This document shows positions 26,950 through 39,620 of a stretch of DNA of 64,000 nucleotides, in pieces. The position numbers were made by a program, and so were the translations under genes. How positions within the stretch are numbered: the first letter of the stretch is position 1; every line of letters starts with the position of its first letter. The notes below the pieces were generated by a model. It did not search any database, was not told the origin of the DNA, and saw only the letters and a program-made list of their open reading frames with translations. The stretch spans positions 9,982,001 through 10,046,000 of the forward strand of contig JAQFVV010000002.1 of assembly GCA_028023455.1 (NCBI GenBank), written 5' to 3'. This DNA comes from Epiperipatus broadwayi (Eukaryota > Animalia > Onychophora).

Positions 26950-27860
26950 AGGAACATGTACCAGTAGATTACATATGGTACTAGGTTTGAATCTTGTAAA
27001 TTCTATCTTATTATAATAAAGGCGCATTAAAAAAAAAAAGACAATGTTAAGTTATATAATTAAAATATATGTAACATCCTGTGTGGTTATATTATCATTG
27101 TAATAAAAATAAATTAAGTTGTTCAGTGTTAATTAAACCCTGTATAAAAAGTAAAATTTATAACATTATTTGAAGTTAAAATATTTCTCTTTTAATTAAT
27201 TTTTTTTAATTTCAATTTTGAATTTTTTCTTTTGTTAATTTGCATAGATAAACATATTTAATTAATTTCAAATCTGTAAAAAGATTAAGTAGCTTATTTA
27301 TATATTTTTAAGCTAAAGGTAATATTATTAAAGGAAGACGAAAAAAATCAAAGGTAAAAATTTTTTGTTTGTTGTTTTATCTGTTTGAATCTGGTCACAT
27401 AATGGATCAAATGTGTGAATAGAGCTATAGTTTTTTTCTCTCCCTTCTCTATTTTTGTTGATTAGGAGTACATAACTAAACTGTGTACCAGGCCATAATA
27501 AAAAAACCATCTCCACAGCAAGTTATTTTTCAACTACTAGAAATAATCACCAGGGAAGGGAAAGTTAACTTTCAAATATTAGAAATCACCAACATTAACT
27601 CTGTTAACGTGATTTGAAGTGTGAAGCATCTTTAGATATTGGCTGTTGCAATTCTATTTGAAAATGTGAGGCTTCTGTGTCAAAAATACTTGGTATCTAA
27701 CTATAAGAGAAGATTGTAAAAATAACCTGCTAAAGGAGAGTGGGCAACAAAATGAAAGATGACCATTGTAGCCTTCATATTCTATGCCATCTATGAACAT
27801 CAGATCTACAGAATATTTTATTATTTAAAATATGTGTATAAAAGTTAAAGTTGAAAACAG
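26950..27860 (+). repeat. Second copy of the dispersed repeat at 17455-19020
   Basis: Collinear similarity, e.g. TTAATTAATTTCAAATCTGTAAAA and GTGTA(T/C)CAGGCCATAATAAAA. Confidence 0.8.
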
Positions 27861-28020
27861 GGTTGGATGGTCATCAGCACCTTTATGCAAACAGTGATTG
27901 ATGCCATTCTTCAAAAAAAAGTTAATCTTTTATTAAAGATAACAATGAAAAAATACTATTACATAATTTAAATACACAGACATTATATATACTGAACTTT
28001 AGATGTAATTAAATAATAAG

Positions 28021-28736
28021 AGAGGATTTGAACAAAGATTTTAAAGCTCCATTCAGCTATCCACTCCATTTTATATTACTGATACATATGACCACACACA
28101 TGTAAAAAGATAAATGATCATCAATATAGATATTTCATGCTGAACCAGCACTCATCAGTTAGTCCAGATCACCATTTCCCACTCATATATAAGATCAGTG
28201 CTCAATTTATATTAATATAGCAAATCTTCAAACTTTAATGGACAGGCTTCAATCTTTTCCACCTTCCTCAGCTCCATATGATGTAATGCTCAAAGCCGCA
28301 CCAATATTGTTGTTATACTCATGTTGACTTTAAGTCACTCTGACCTTTTGTAAAAGGACCTTAATATGTCAATTTAAATACACAGAAGAGAGATGGGCAG
28401 AATACAGGCTGAATCTCTAATATTTTAAATAAAAGTATATTATATACTGAACTTTAGATGTAATTAGAATGGATTTGAACACAGACTTCCAAGCTCCTTT
28501 CAGCTAGAGTTGAAGAGTGGAGATGATTGAAGCCTGTCCATTAAAGTTTGAAGATTTGTTATCTTAATATAAACTGAGCACTGACTGTATATATATATAT
28601 ATGAGGGGTGATGATCTGGACCAAGTGATGAGTTTTAGTTCAGTGCAAAATATGTATATTGGAGTATGTGGTCATGTGTACTAGTTATATAAGATAAAGT
28701 GGATAGCTGAAGGAGCTTGAACATCTGTGTTTAAAG
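28021..28736. repeat. Forward and inverted copies of the 7231-7621 family
   Basis: 28021-28260 is forward. 28470-28508 is a forward start fused to an inverted copy at 28509-28736. Confidence 0.8.
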
Positions 28737-31369
28737 TCCCTTTAATTATTACATAATTATAAAATTCACTTTCTGAGATTTTACAGAACTGAATCCAGAT
28801 GCAATATAATCAGCATTTAGAGTATTGCATATGTTATTCTCTATAGCTATCATTGACAAATTTATCAAACGATCTTGTGTCATTGTCAAACATAAATAAT
28901 TTTTTATGATTTTTAACTTTGAAAATGATCTCTCTCTCTCTCTCCACTCTTGTAGGAAGAATTAATAATATTTTTAATGAGATGCTCAAATTTGAGAATG
29001 AAACAGTCAAATCATTTTCATGAATAACTTAAAGCATTCAATGAATTTTTGAAATGAAATAATTCACTTGAAAATAAGTTTTTAAACAAACAGTTCTTCA
29101 TAGAATTTCTTCATTTATGTTTTTATTATTATTATTGTCACTTAAATTTATTTTTAAAAAAGTTTCACTAAGTTTATTTATAATAATTACTCTTTCTTAT
29201 TGCATTTCAAAATGTATACCATATAATACTAAATCATCTATGCACTTTACTACTGTTACACAATGCTTTATTTATCACTCTCTTTTACAGTTTATCATTT
29301 AGAAAATATGTTATATTATTTGTTACTAAAGTGGATTTTATATATCTTAAAGGATTTTCTTTTTCACTTATAGTATGATTTCCAAAATTTAATATTTTAA
29401 AGTTTATTCAAGTTATAATTAATGTTCATTTATTTTTATTACTAAATAATGATTATTTAAATATTACATTAATTTATCTACAAGTCTTCTTTTCTAATCC
29501 ATTGATAATCCATTTTTCTGCATACAGAAATTTATCTTTAAATTAAATGTTAAATATATGGAAAAATACATTATTTTAATCTCAAGCATTTGAGCTTGTG
29601 CCCAACTTTTTTTTTTTCATCAAAAAAGTCTCTTAGTAAACTAAAATTTTATGTTGACTTATTAGACAAATCTCTTAATACATTCTTTTTTAAATTATTT
29701 TATTTGATGATACACATATTAGAGATTGTTAAATAGAATTATCATTATAAAACTGATGATAGTTGTTTAAAAAATCATCAAAATATATATATATATTTGT
29801 AAATAAATCATTTTTTTAATTTAAAATAACAATAAACAACAAAAACTTCAATTATTATTGTAAAGCATATCTTTTTCTTTGAATGATCATAAAGTATTTA
29901 AATTATCTGTATAAAATAGATATTTGAAACATTACATTTCCATTTCAAATTTAACCAATAGAAATAATGGATCCCTTGAAAATAATTATAATTAACAATA
30001 ATTTCAATTGCTGATGATGAGAAAAAATTCCTTCCATTTTTTTGGGGGGAATTTTAATTTTAAAAACAGATGAGAGAAGATTAATAAATCATGATCTCTT
30101 ACTTAGTGTACAATTTTATAAAATTATTATCTATACATTTAAAAAATTATAATTTTTTTTTAAATTACAAAAAAAGTGTAATTTAATAACAAATCATTCA
30201 ATAAAACGTAATTGTTTTATTTTTGTATATATTTTTAACCTATTGATATTTTTCTAATATTAATTTTCTTTAGATCTGCTCTGATTAGTGCTCCAATTTG
30301 TTTGCACTCTAAGCTTTAAGATACTAATCTGTATTGTTTTTCAAAAACATTTTACTTATTATTTACAAGACATTTTCTAAATAAATTATTTTATAGTATT
30401 TCATATTATAAAATATAGTACTAATAACTTTATGTAATTATACTTTGTATAAAATGAAATATATATATATTTGATTATATAAATCCATTTGAATTTTGAT
30501 TTTATTTTTGGTCTAAGTATGTTCAAGTATTCAATACTTTATTAGTAAATAAAATGACATTCTTAATACCAAATAATTCTACAAAAACAAATTAAGATCC
30601 TGCTGCTTGAGAATCACCAGTATATCAACTTTAGCTATTTTGCCATTTTTTAATTGGAGGGTAATTCTGTTTTTAATAAATAATTTATTTAATTAAATTT
30701 TTATTTTTATCAAACATTTTAATTTAACTTAATAACTCTGCTTGTTTATTTAAAATACATTTTGTAATTAAGTTTCAACATATGTCTATCAAATGGATTT
30801 GCATCAAATTTTATACATATGTTAGAAATAGATGACAATGTAATATAATATTGAAATATCACATGATCACCATCTCTTATACTAACATGTAATTGTTATT
30901 AAACAATCCATTGATTACTCTGTTTGTCACAGGGTGGCACTACTGTATGGAGAGTTTTGCCTAATATTGAAATATTTCAGAGTAGTTTTCTCATTTACTT
31001 AGCTGATTAAATTTCAATCATGTTGTTATCAGTTCAATATGTTTTCAGTGATGTGTATGAGAAGGCAATACACAAAATGTAAAAATGTATATAAAAAAAA
31101 AATATTTATAATAAACTCAAATAGAAATAGAAACAAATTTAAAGTTTTGTTGATTATAAAAATTGCTATAAATTTTAATTTGTCTTGATTATAAATAAAT
31201 TATGTATTTTAAATATGTTTTTTTTCACAAACAAACTAATATTGAAATTGATTTTTAATGGACAATTTTCTTTCACATTCTACATAGATTGTGGAATTGT
31301 TTTTATTTTTCATTTTAACTAAAATTGGAATAATTGTAAAAAAGATCCCAATACTAAAAATAATATATA

Positions 31370-31670
31370 TAAAAAATATTTTATATAACACTTTTACTTA
31401 TTATGCACTAAAATGCCAAAAAACAATCATTTTCGCCAATCATAATTAGGATTTTTATATTTAATTTCAAATAAAAATATGAAATGTCCAAAAATTTATT
31501 AATTCAAACATTAATTTTTATAACTAGTGATTCAATTTATTAATATCTGGACATCTCATGCTTTTATTTTAAATTAAGTTTAAAATCCCAACTGTGGTTG
31601 AACAAAACAACTATTCTTTGGCTTTTTAGTGCACAGTAAATAAAATTATTTATTATAAAGTATTTTTATA
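31370..31670. repeat. Old inverted repeat, ~120-bp arms, ~57-nt spacer
   Basis: 31370-31490 vs 31548-31670, roughly 75-80% identical by eye. Confidence 0.65.
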
Positions 31671-32445
31671 TATATTATTTGTTAATTTTTTCTTTATTAT
31701 ATAACTAAGTTTAAATGCTGTGTATTTTATCTTTCTTTTTTAATTATACTATAATTTTAATTTTGATAGAGATAAAAAATAATTTAAAATCTTTAATCAG
31801 ATTTGAATTTTATTTTGCATAATTATAAGCAATATTTTGTTGCTTAACTGATTAAATATTTTTATTATTTTTTAAAATTGATATAAAATATTTAATATTA
31901 TCTTTTTATATTGTGTAATAATATATCAGATGGAAGACTAAACAATTATTTTTTCCTAATATAGTAATAATAATTGTTAAATAAGAACATTATATGTGAG
32001 CTTTATTTCCAAAGGCATATGATATAAATAGACAGTAAGTACAATGATTTCATAATTGTTGGTGATACTGCTTTCATTTATATCCAGAGTTCTATCAGTA
32101 CATTATATCATTAAGGTGTGATCATATTTTTTAAAGTAATTATTTAATTAAATGAAATTAATTAATTAAATTTTTATTTATTTATTATTTTCTTATTGCA
32201 TAATTAACATTGAATGTTCTTCCGTTTAATTTTTCTAAATTTAATTATATTGGAATTTCAACATATGATAAATTTATATTATTTTAATAACATTCCTACA
32301 GTAATGCGTACTATACTGGAATTCTTCATATGTCAGACTTTCTAAAGCCATTTTAAAAAATTGAAAATAATAATCTGTTAATATTCCATTTTGACTGGTC
32401 CCCAAGACTATATACAGATAATCAATTAATCATCGATATTTCAAA

Positions 32446-33602
32446 ACCATGTTTCCCAGAAAATAGGGCTTAACTAGAAAATAAGCCCTAGCCTAATTTT
32501 CAGGATACTTGTAATATAAACCCTACCCCAAATATAAACCCTAGTTAAGGTCATCAGCTAGATAGATGACTTTGTTTGCCATGTTCAAACACACCATGGA
32601 CATATTGAACTATAAAGTAATGAATGTATAAATAAACAATATTATTGATATTAATAATGAGATATTTTATATTGATGTTTTAAATAATTAGTGATATAAA
32701 TTATATGGTTCATTTGAATTTTCTCATCAACAATATTCGACAAATGTGATTCTATTTGTGCAGAGAAACAATTTATTTACCACATATCAGAATATCAGAC
32801 AATTTATAATTTCATATATATAATTTTAGGTATTTATTTTATTTATATTTAATACTTAGATTTAAAATTCTTGATTTAATTTTAGAGTTTCATCATGTTA
32901 GCTTTTAAATATTCAAGATAAAAAAAAATTAGTTTGATTTCTTAAAGATTTTTTTCCTCCTAAAAGATTCTATTAAAATAATGAAAGTGATTTTAATAAT
33001 CAAAGTTTAGCTTAAATTAAATAATCAATAGTTTTCTTAAAGAAAATTTTTTTTAAAAAAATACCCCAAGTAATTTGAAAACTATTTACAATGTGAGCAT
33101 CTGATAATGGATGAACATAGTTGGGCCAAATATGAATCATTATTCCATACACTATATGTTATAATGGATAAATCTAATGTGCACATGAGAAATACAGAAA
33201 TATTTTCTGAATTTTTGTGCTTTCATTTTTTGTTGTTTTTGTGGAGACAAACCATTTTTAACTGTAATCATTTTTGTTACCATTCATATCTCAAAAGTCT
33301 TCATTTAACAATTAATTAAGTGATAAATTTAAAGGAACAATATTATGATCACCAGATAAGATAAATGTAAAAAGAAAGAGCTATTCTGGTGAGTACAAGA
33401 AAGGAATTGTGGGGAGTTTCTGAAATAAAATTGTACAGCTTTCTGTAAGGATAAGAAGTGCTTGAATAAATGTACATTTATGTATTTGAATAAATGTAGA
33501 TTTTTGTACATGAATAAATAAGACATTCCCTGAAAATAAATCCTATGGTGTCTTTTGGAGCAAATATTAATATAAGATTTGGTTTTATTTTCAAGGAAAC
33601 AC
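32446..33602. mobile_element. Non-autonomous pogo/Tc2-like (Tc1-mariner superfamily) TIR element
   Basis: Left end ACCATGTTTCCCAGAAAATAGGGC and right end GGTTTTATTTTCAAGGAAACAC are mutually inverted. Subterminal GAAAATAAGCCCTAG repeats and GTCTTTTGGAGCAAATATTAATATAAGA match my recollection of this family. No transposase ORF. Confidence 0.7.
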
Positions 33603-36372
33603 TTAAATTATAATGCAGATATAAATCATTAATTTTAATAACTTAACAAATGAATAATAAGGAATAGTATTATATATAAGTTTATTAAAAGAGCTTCTAA
33701 ATTTAGACTCATGAAGAATTCTTACAGTTTGCACATATGAAGACTATTACTTTAGAATTATATTATTACATATTTTCAGTTCTACATATTTAATTGCTGG
33801 TATTTATTTATAAGATTTCTAAAATTAATAGAAATTATTTTATATAATATTTACAGTTTTACATTTATGATTAAAATATCTTTTTTATTTCTCATTAGAT
33901 TTTAATTCTATTTAGTATAGTTATGATTCACTATTTTATTGACTAGGCTGAGAAAAGATATTTTTTTTTGTTTTGAATGCATGCTACAATATACATTATT
34001 GAATTGGAAAAAGAGAACTCAAAGTATGAAGAATCACAATTCTATTGCTTTTTATTTAATATATGGGTTTTTATTTTTTTGGTTGATTTGAACTGCAAAT
34101 CCTTGTATGATTTTATTAATTATTAATTCATTGGCTCAGAAAAGTATTCATAATAAATTGATTTGTATTCCAATTAAAAAAATGAACTACAAAATCCTGA
34201 ATTTTAACTTTTGTAACTCAATATTCTCACATTTAATTATACAAACAAAATGATATTTTCTTTTTTAAAAATAAACTTAAATTTATTTATTTTTAGATTT
34301 TGATCTTATTGTTTTTATAAGAATGATTTATAATTACAATGTTAAATATGCAATTATGAACAAAACTTTTAATTAATATCTTAAATATAATTTCTTATTT
34401 GTTTTTTTATTAATATTTATCTTATAATATTCAATTTTATTTTTATTTTATATAAATTTCATCACATTTTTTTTAAAAAAAAGATTGTTTTTTTATTTAT
34501 TGATTTAAATTTAAATACATAAAAAAAACATAAAAATATCCACCAGCATTTTGATCATTTTTATAATCTTTGTCAAGGCATAATTCAGAAGTTAATCTGA
34601 AACAAAAAATAAAACCAAAAATTATGCACATTAAAAAATACTAACAATAAAAAATATATTAACAAATATATAACATAATATTTTTCAAAAAGTTAATTTT
34701 TTTTTTTGATCATTTTTTTATTTAATTAATGAAATTATTAACACAAAAATTTATTTTTTTAAACATGCTAATTCATAAAAATGAATTAAAAAGTTAAAAC
34801 TTATAAATGTGTAAGATTTAGTTGTGATAAATTTGTAACAAGTTAGAAAATAATTACAGCAAATTCTTTTTAAAGTAATTAAGTATTGATAAGGGAAACT
34901 ATAAATAAATAGTTTTAACTTTTCAGCCAATTTTTATGAAATAATGTCTTTAAAAAACAAGATTTTACTATGTTAATAATTTTATTGTTTTGTTTTTTAA
35001 AAGAAAAAGAAAAAAATAACTTTAAAAATAGTGTTAGTTACATCATATATTTGTTGCCATATTTTAAATATTATATATGTATGTTTGATAGTATTATTTG
35101 ATTTGTATATACACCTGGGTTTTTTATATAGGTTCTGCAAAAAATTCACATAAAAGAAATCACACAAAAATAGAATTAATTTACATTGAAAAATGTGGGA
35201 TATGTTCCATATTTTTCAAAAATCATATAAAAGGAAAGCAAAGTATGACTAATAACAAATTTCAAATATTTGACAAAAATTGATACAAGACAAACTTTTT
35301 TTACTTTATTAACTATTTAATTTTATTCAAAACAATATGTTTTTATGTGTTTACATTTTTACATACATATTTTAATTATTATCACTATTTGACAATATGT
35401 GGGTAAATTTGTGAATTGATAAGAAATCAGATTCATCACAAGAGGAATTATATTTAGCACCAACTTCAGTCTCATGCTGTGTGTAATTAATGGTTTTCTG
35501 TCGACAATGTAATCAGTGATTAAATTTTGAGACAATGATTTTACTAATTGTTTATGAAGCTTGCAATATCCAGACAAACAACTATTTAGCTCTCATTGGA
35601 ATGTAAGAGCTCATTCATAATTCAGCTCATTAACAAGAAAATGATTGTCCAATTGATTAGAAAGTTGAAGACTTTCTCGAATCAATTTTGCTGTAAAACG
35701 AACAGGTTCCACTTCTATTTCATTATCTTTTTCTAAATCTTCTAGTGTCTAAATTTATTGCCAAATCTTTTTCCAACAGGTATTTAAAGTATGTAAAATA
35801 TAATGTGTGTATATAAAATGGGAAAATTCTGATTTTAAGTGAAATATAAACTTCTTTATCACATAAAAGAAAACTGCATAAAAAGATATTAAAAAGAAAC
35901 ATGAATCACATAACTTCAAAATTGCATTTAAAAAATCCACACAAAAAGAAGTCCGGGTGTATATATTTATTTTATTTCAAATTAATTCTTTAAATATGCT
36001 TTAAAATATTATAGAAAATAATAAAATGTTAGCAGATATTTTATTTTTTTATGTATGCAAAGTTTACTTTAATAAAATCAAATTTTAAAAAGAAATAGAT
36101 ATGATGAAAGTCATATATTTGAAAACGAATTAGGTATGTTTAAATAAAGAAGAATTTTTGGAATATTTATTTACTTTCTCTAAATATCTATAATTAGTAT
36201 TTCCTTTTATTATTTTGCATTGTGTTTTCTAATACAGTTTTGATAAACCTATACTTTTCCATAAGTTATGTCATGATTCATTAGTTCCTGTTTCAAATAA
36301 TAAAATTTGTGTTATTTAATAATAGACTTTCAATCAAATGTAAAAACATATTCTTATTTTGAATTGAAAAAC

Positions 36373-36961
36373 AAGATTACAAACAAATAAACAAAAAGCT
36401 TTGCTAATTGCTCAACAACCTTTGCGATAAATGCTTAGCAAGAGAAAGCATTTAAAATAGCTCTATCTGAAAAAATCACCACCTTATCCCCTGATCAAAG
36501 GTTTTATGCTTTTGGCACTCCTCAGAGAGGTACTAGGATAGTTTCAGACACTAGATATAAAAATACCAACCCAAAGCCAGAATTTATTTAAAAGTTAACC
36601 ATTGAGTAGAAAATCTGAAATTTTCAGACACTTAAATGTCTTCAAACCTGGCTATCTATCTCAAATAACTATATGGGTCTGAGAGATCTTCAGCTAAATC
36701 ATATATTAGAAGTCTTAGCAATATAATATCATTTAAGACTTAAAGCAAAGACTATAAATAGTCAATAAAAATGGAGTCATATATCATCTGACCCCACTTT
36801 TTTAAGCTTGTAAAAAATAAACAAAGAACTTTGCTAATTGATCAACAAGCTTTGTAATAAATGCTTAGCAAGAAAAAGCATTTAAAATATCTCTATCTTA
36901 AAAACAAAGTGGGGTCATGTGATATATGACTCTTTTTTTTTTTTTTTAAGATTACAAACAA
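36373..36961. mobile_element. Composite repeat insertion with an internal 27-bp inverted repeat, a poly(T) end and a 14-bp flanking direct repeat
   Basis: AAGATTACAAACAA at 36373-36386 and 36948-36961. GAGTCATATATCATCTGACCCCACTTT (36774-36800) vs its inverse at 36906-36932 has 2 mismatches. Confidence 0.8.
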
Positions 36962-37429
36962 CTTTTATAATTCATACGTATTATTCTAAAATTGATATAC
37001 CCATTTCATGTGCATGCATTGTTTTGGTACATCTTGAATACCTTCAAGCAAAAAATCTGGATCAGTAATAACAGAGTAATCTATACAAAGTCAGTTAAAG
37101 CAAGTAGTTTCTATCAGGTAAAAGTAGTAAAAAAGTTGTTTTATTTAGCAGTTGAAAAAAGTTCAAATATTAATTAAACAAATCATTCAGTAAAAAAACG
37201 ATTACAAGTGAGAAAGAAAATTATTCATGCAATGAATATGGTCATTTTTTTTTTACAGTTACAGAGTAAACTATTTTATTTCAAATTTTATGACAATTCT
37301 GAAATCAATCTTTTATTGTAAATAGAGACAACAATCAGTAGTAATCTATTGCTTTATTATCTTGTCTGCTTTTTAACAATCAACTTGATATATAATGTTA
37401 AAAGCTTTTGTGACATTAAAACTACACTT

Positions 37430-37543
37430 GTCAAGCATTGTTAGCTGAGAGATCAGTGCAGCCACCTTGCAAGCAGTTGGTTGCAGACGGTTGTTGAGGA
37501 TTCGCCTCCCGGCAAATGCTATGACATATGGAAAAAAAACAAC
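37430..37543 (+). ncRNA. Retroposed copy of an unidentified structured small RNA (pseudogene or SINE-like)
   Basis: 10-bp TSD AACTACACTT (37420-37429, 37544-37553), A-rich tail, GC/CpG-rich body, and a terminal stem plus internal hairpins. Confidence 0.6.
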
Positions 37544-38151
37544 AACTACACTTTATCTTGGGAAAAAACAAAATAAATTTTGCAGTGGAATTTCAATTTT
37601 TTTTAAAAAACTGAACTTCTACAATATATAGAAATAAGTGTTTTATCTTGTATATATTTTTAAAATGTTAACTTTTGTTTTGTATTTGTTACAGGGTTTT
37701 ATATGATTGGCATTTACTAAAATATTTTTTAGGAATGAGAGCAAGGATCTATAAATAAATGTTCATACACTTATATGGTTCTGACAATTTTAGTAAGCCT
37801 GTACAGGTTTTATCAACTATGGAATACTGATAATAAAAACGTATTCATAAAACAATCAAGTCTGGAAATATTACTGTGATAATTTGCAAGCCATATAAAA
37901 ATGACAAATGGATTGGCATTAATCTTAAAAAAAGATAATAATTATTTGCCAGTTCATTTGAATAATTCTTTGTGATCTGAATTATGAAATATTATACTAT
38001 CATTTTCACACTCAATTATTTTGTGGTAGGTTTATTTATATGCTTTACTTATTCTAAAATAATTAATGCTGAAGAACTAGTTATATTTCTCAGACCATGT
38101 TAAAAAATTAAAAATTCATAAGTTTTATTTACATATTACTTTTCTCTATAG

Positions 38152-38257
38152 CAGAATCCATTTAATTGTTTTACACACTCATCAATGTGATTGTGACTGC
38201 AGCATCAGTGTTTGAAAACATGATAGTATATTGCTGTAGTGAATTTGAAAATTAAAA
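38152..38257 (+). other. Candidate non-coding spliced exon
   Basis: TTACTTTTCTCTATAG acceptor and AA|GTGAGT donor. Stops in all three frames. Confidence 0.4.
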
Positions 38258-38752
38258 GTGAGTTTAAAATTGTGCAAAAGTGTAAAGTTAATCTTGGTAT
38301 AATTTTTCCAAGTCTAAAAAAATGTGGATTTTTTTATATGGTAAAATGTATTTAAATGATTTAGTGTTTTAAAAGAAAATTTCATATCCTAAAACTGATA
38401 AGATATTCAGAAAGAATGAATCATTAATTTGTAAAATAGTAAAAACAGATCAATTTATATTAAGATTATTCTTGCTACTGAAACTACTAATGTTATATCT
38501 ACTATACATGATATGTACTTAGTTAAGACTGAAATAACTTTTAAATTTGTGGGTAATGAATATGATTCCAAAAAAATGTTTTGGTAGATAATGGTGTAGT
38601 GAAACTGGCATCAGTATGAAGGCTTTAGCAAAGAATTCATAAAAAAGTGACATCAAATTATTTTGAAATTGACATGGTCTTAAAAACAAACTATTTCATG
38701 AATTATTTTAAGCTTAATACAATTGTTATCATGATTAACTTTGTACTTTCAG

Positions 38753-38858
38753 ACCATTTTAAACAAAATTTTAAATTTTATAATTTTAGTTCAAAAGCTA
38801 TCAAAAATATCACTTGAAAATGGCTGCAGAGGCAAATAAACTGGAAATTTAACACCAT
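38753..38858 (+). other. Candidate spliced exon containing AAAATGGCT and a 10-codon ORF (MAAEANKLEI*)
   Basis: TGTACTTTCAG acceptor (alternative TTTTAG at 38789) and CAT|GTAAGT donor. Confidence 0.4.
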
Positions 38859-39159
38859 GTAAGTATTGAACTTTCTGTATTTCATTGATCATTATTATCT
38901 CAAAAATAATGAAAACAAAGAATAGTTAAGTTGGTTTTTTTAAGAGAGAGAGAGAGAGAGAGAGAAAATGGTTGAATGAATATTTGCTTATGTACACATC
39001 AACATTCATGTATGTACATATAAGTAAATATGCATTCACAATTTATTATTATTCATTACTGCAATATTCTTAATATATAAAATTTTAAATTAAGCAGTAT
39101 CATAGCTATGTATTGAGACAAATATTTATTATTTAAAATTGTTAGAATTGTGTATTATC

Positions 39160-39620
39160 TTTATCTTGAAGGTATATTGAGATATCTAGGTATCTGATTA
39201 AACAATAACCCATAATTTTTATTTTTACATTATTTGATACCTTTTTAACATTATTTACTGACATGTTTAAAGAGATACACTAGATTATATATAAGATCCA
39301 TGTATATCCTTTCCTTAGATTCATATTTTGATCCACAAAATACTTCTACAAAACTACCGGAAAAATTTTGGAGACATTGAATCTTCTTATAATACAATCT
39401 TGTTAATGTTGATCATCTTAATTTTATTATGCAATCTAAACACTGCTGTATGATTCATCCTGATTCTATATCTTGTTACTTCAAAACTTTAAACATTATG
39501 GAAATGCCTTTTCATAATCTAGAAATTCAAGCATAATGGCAACTCGTACCTATTGGTTCTTTCAATAATTTGTTGAAATTTATGATGTATGCTTAATATT
39601 CTACATAATTTGTGTTGAAG
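39160..39620 (+). mobile_element. Decayed LINE RT 3' remnant
   Basis: GILRYLGI*LNNN resembles KYLG..LD..L. Many stops and frameshifts. Confidence 0.4.
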
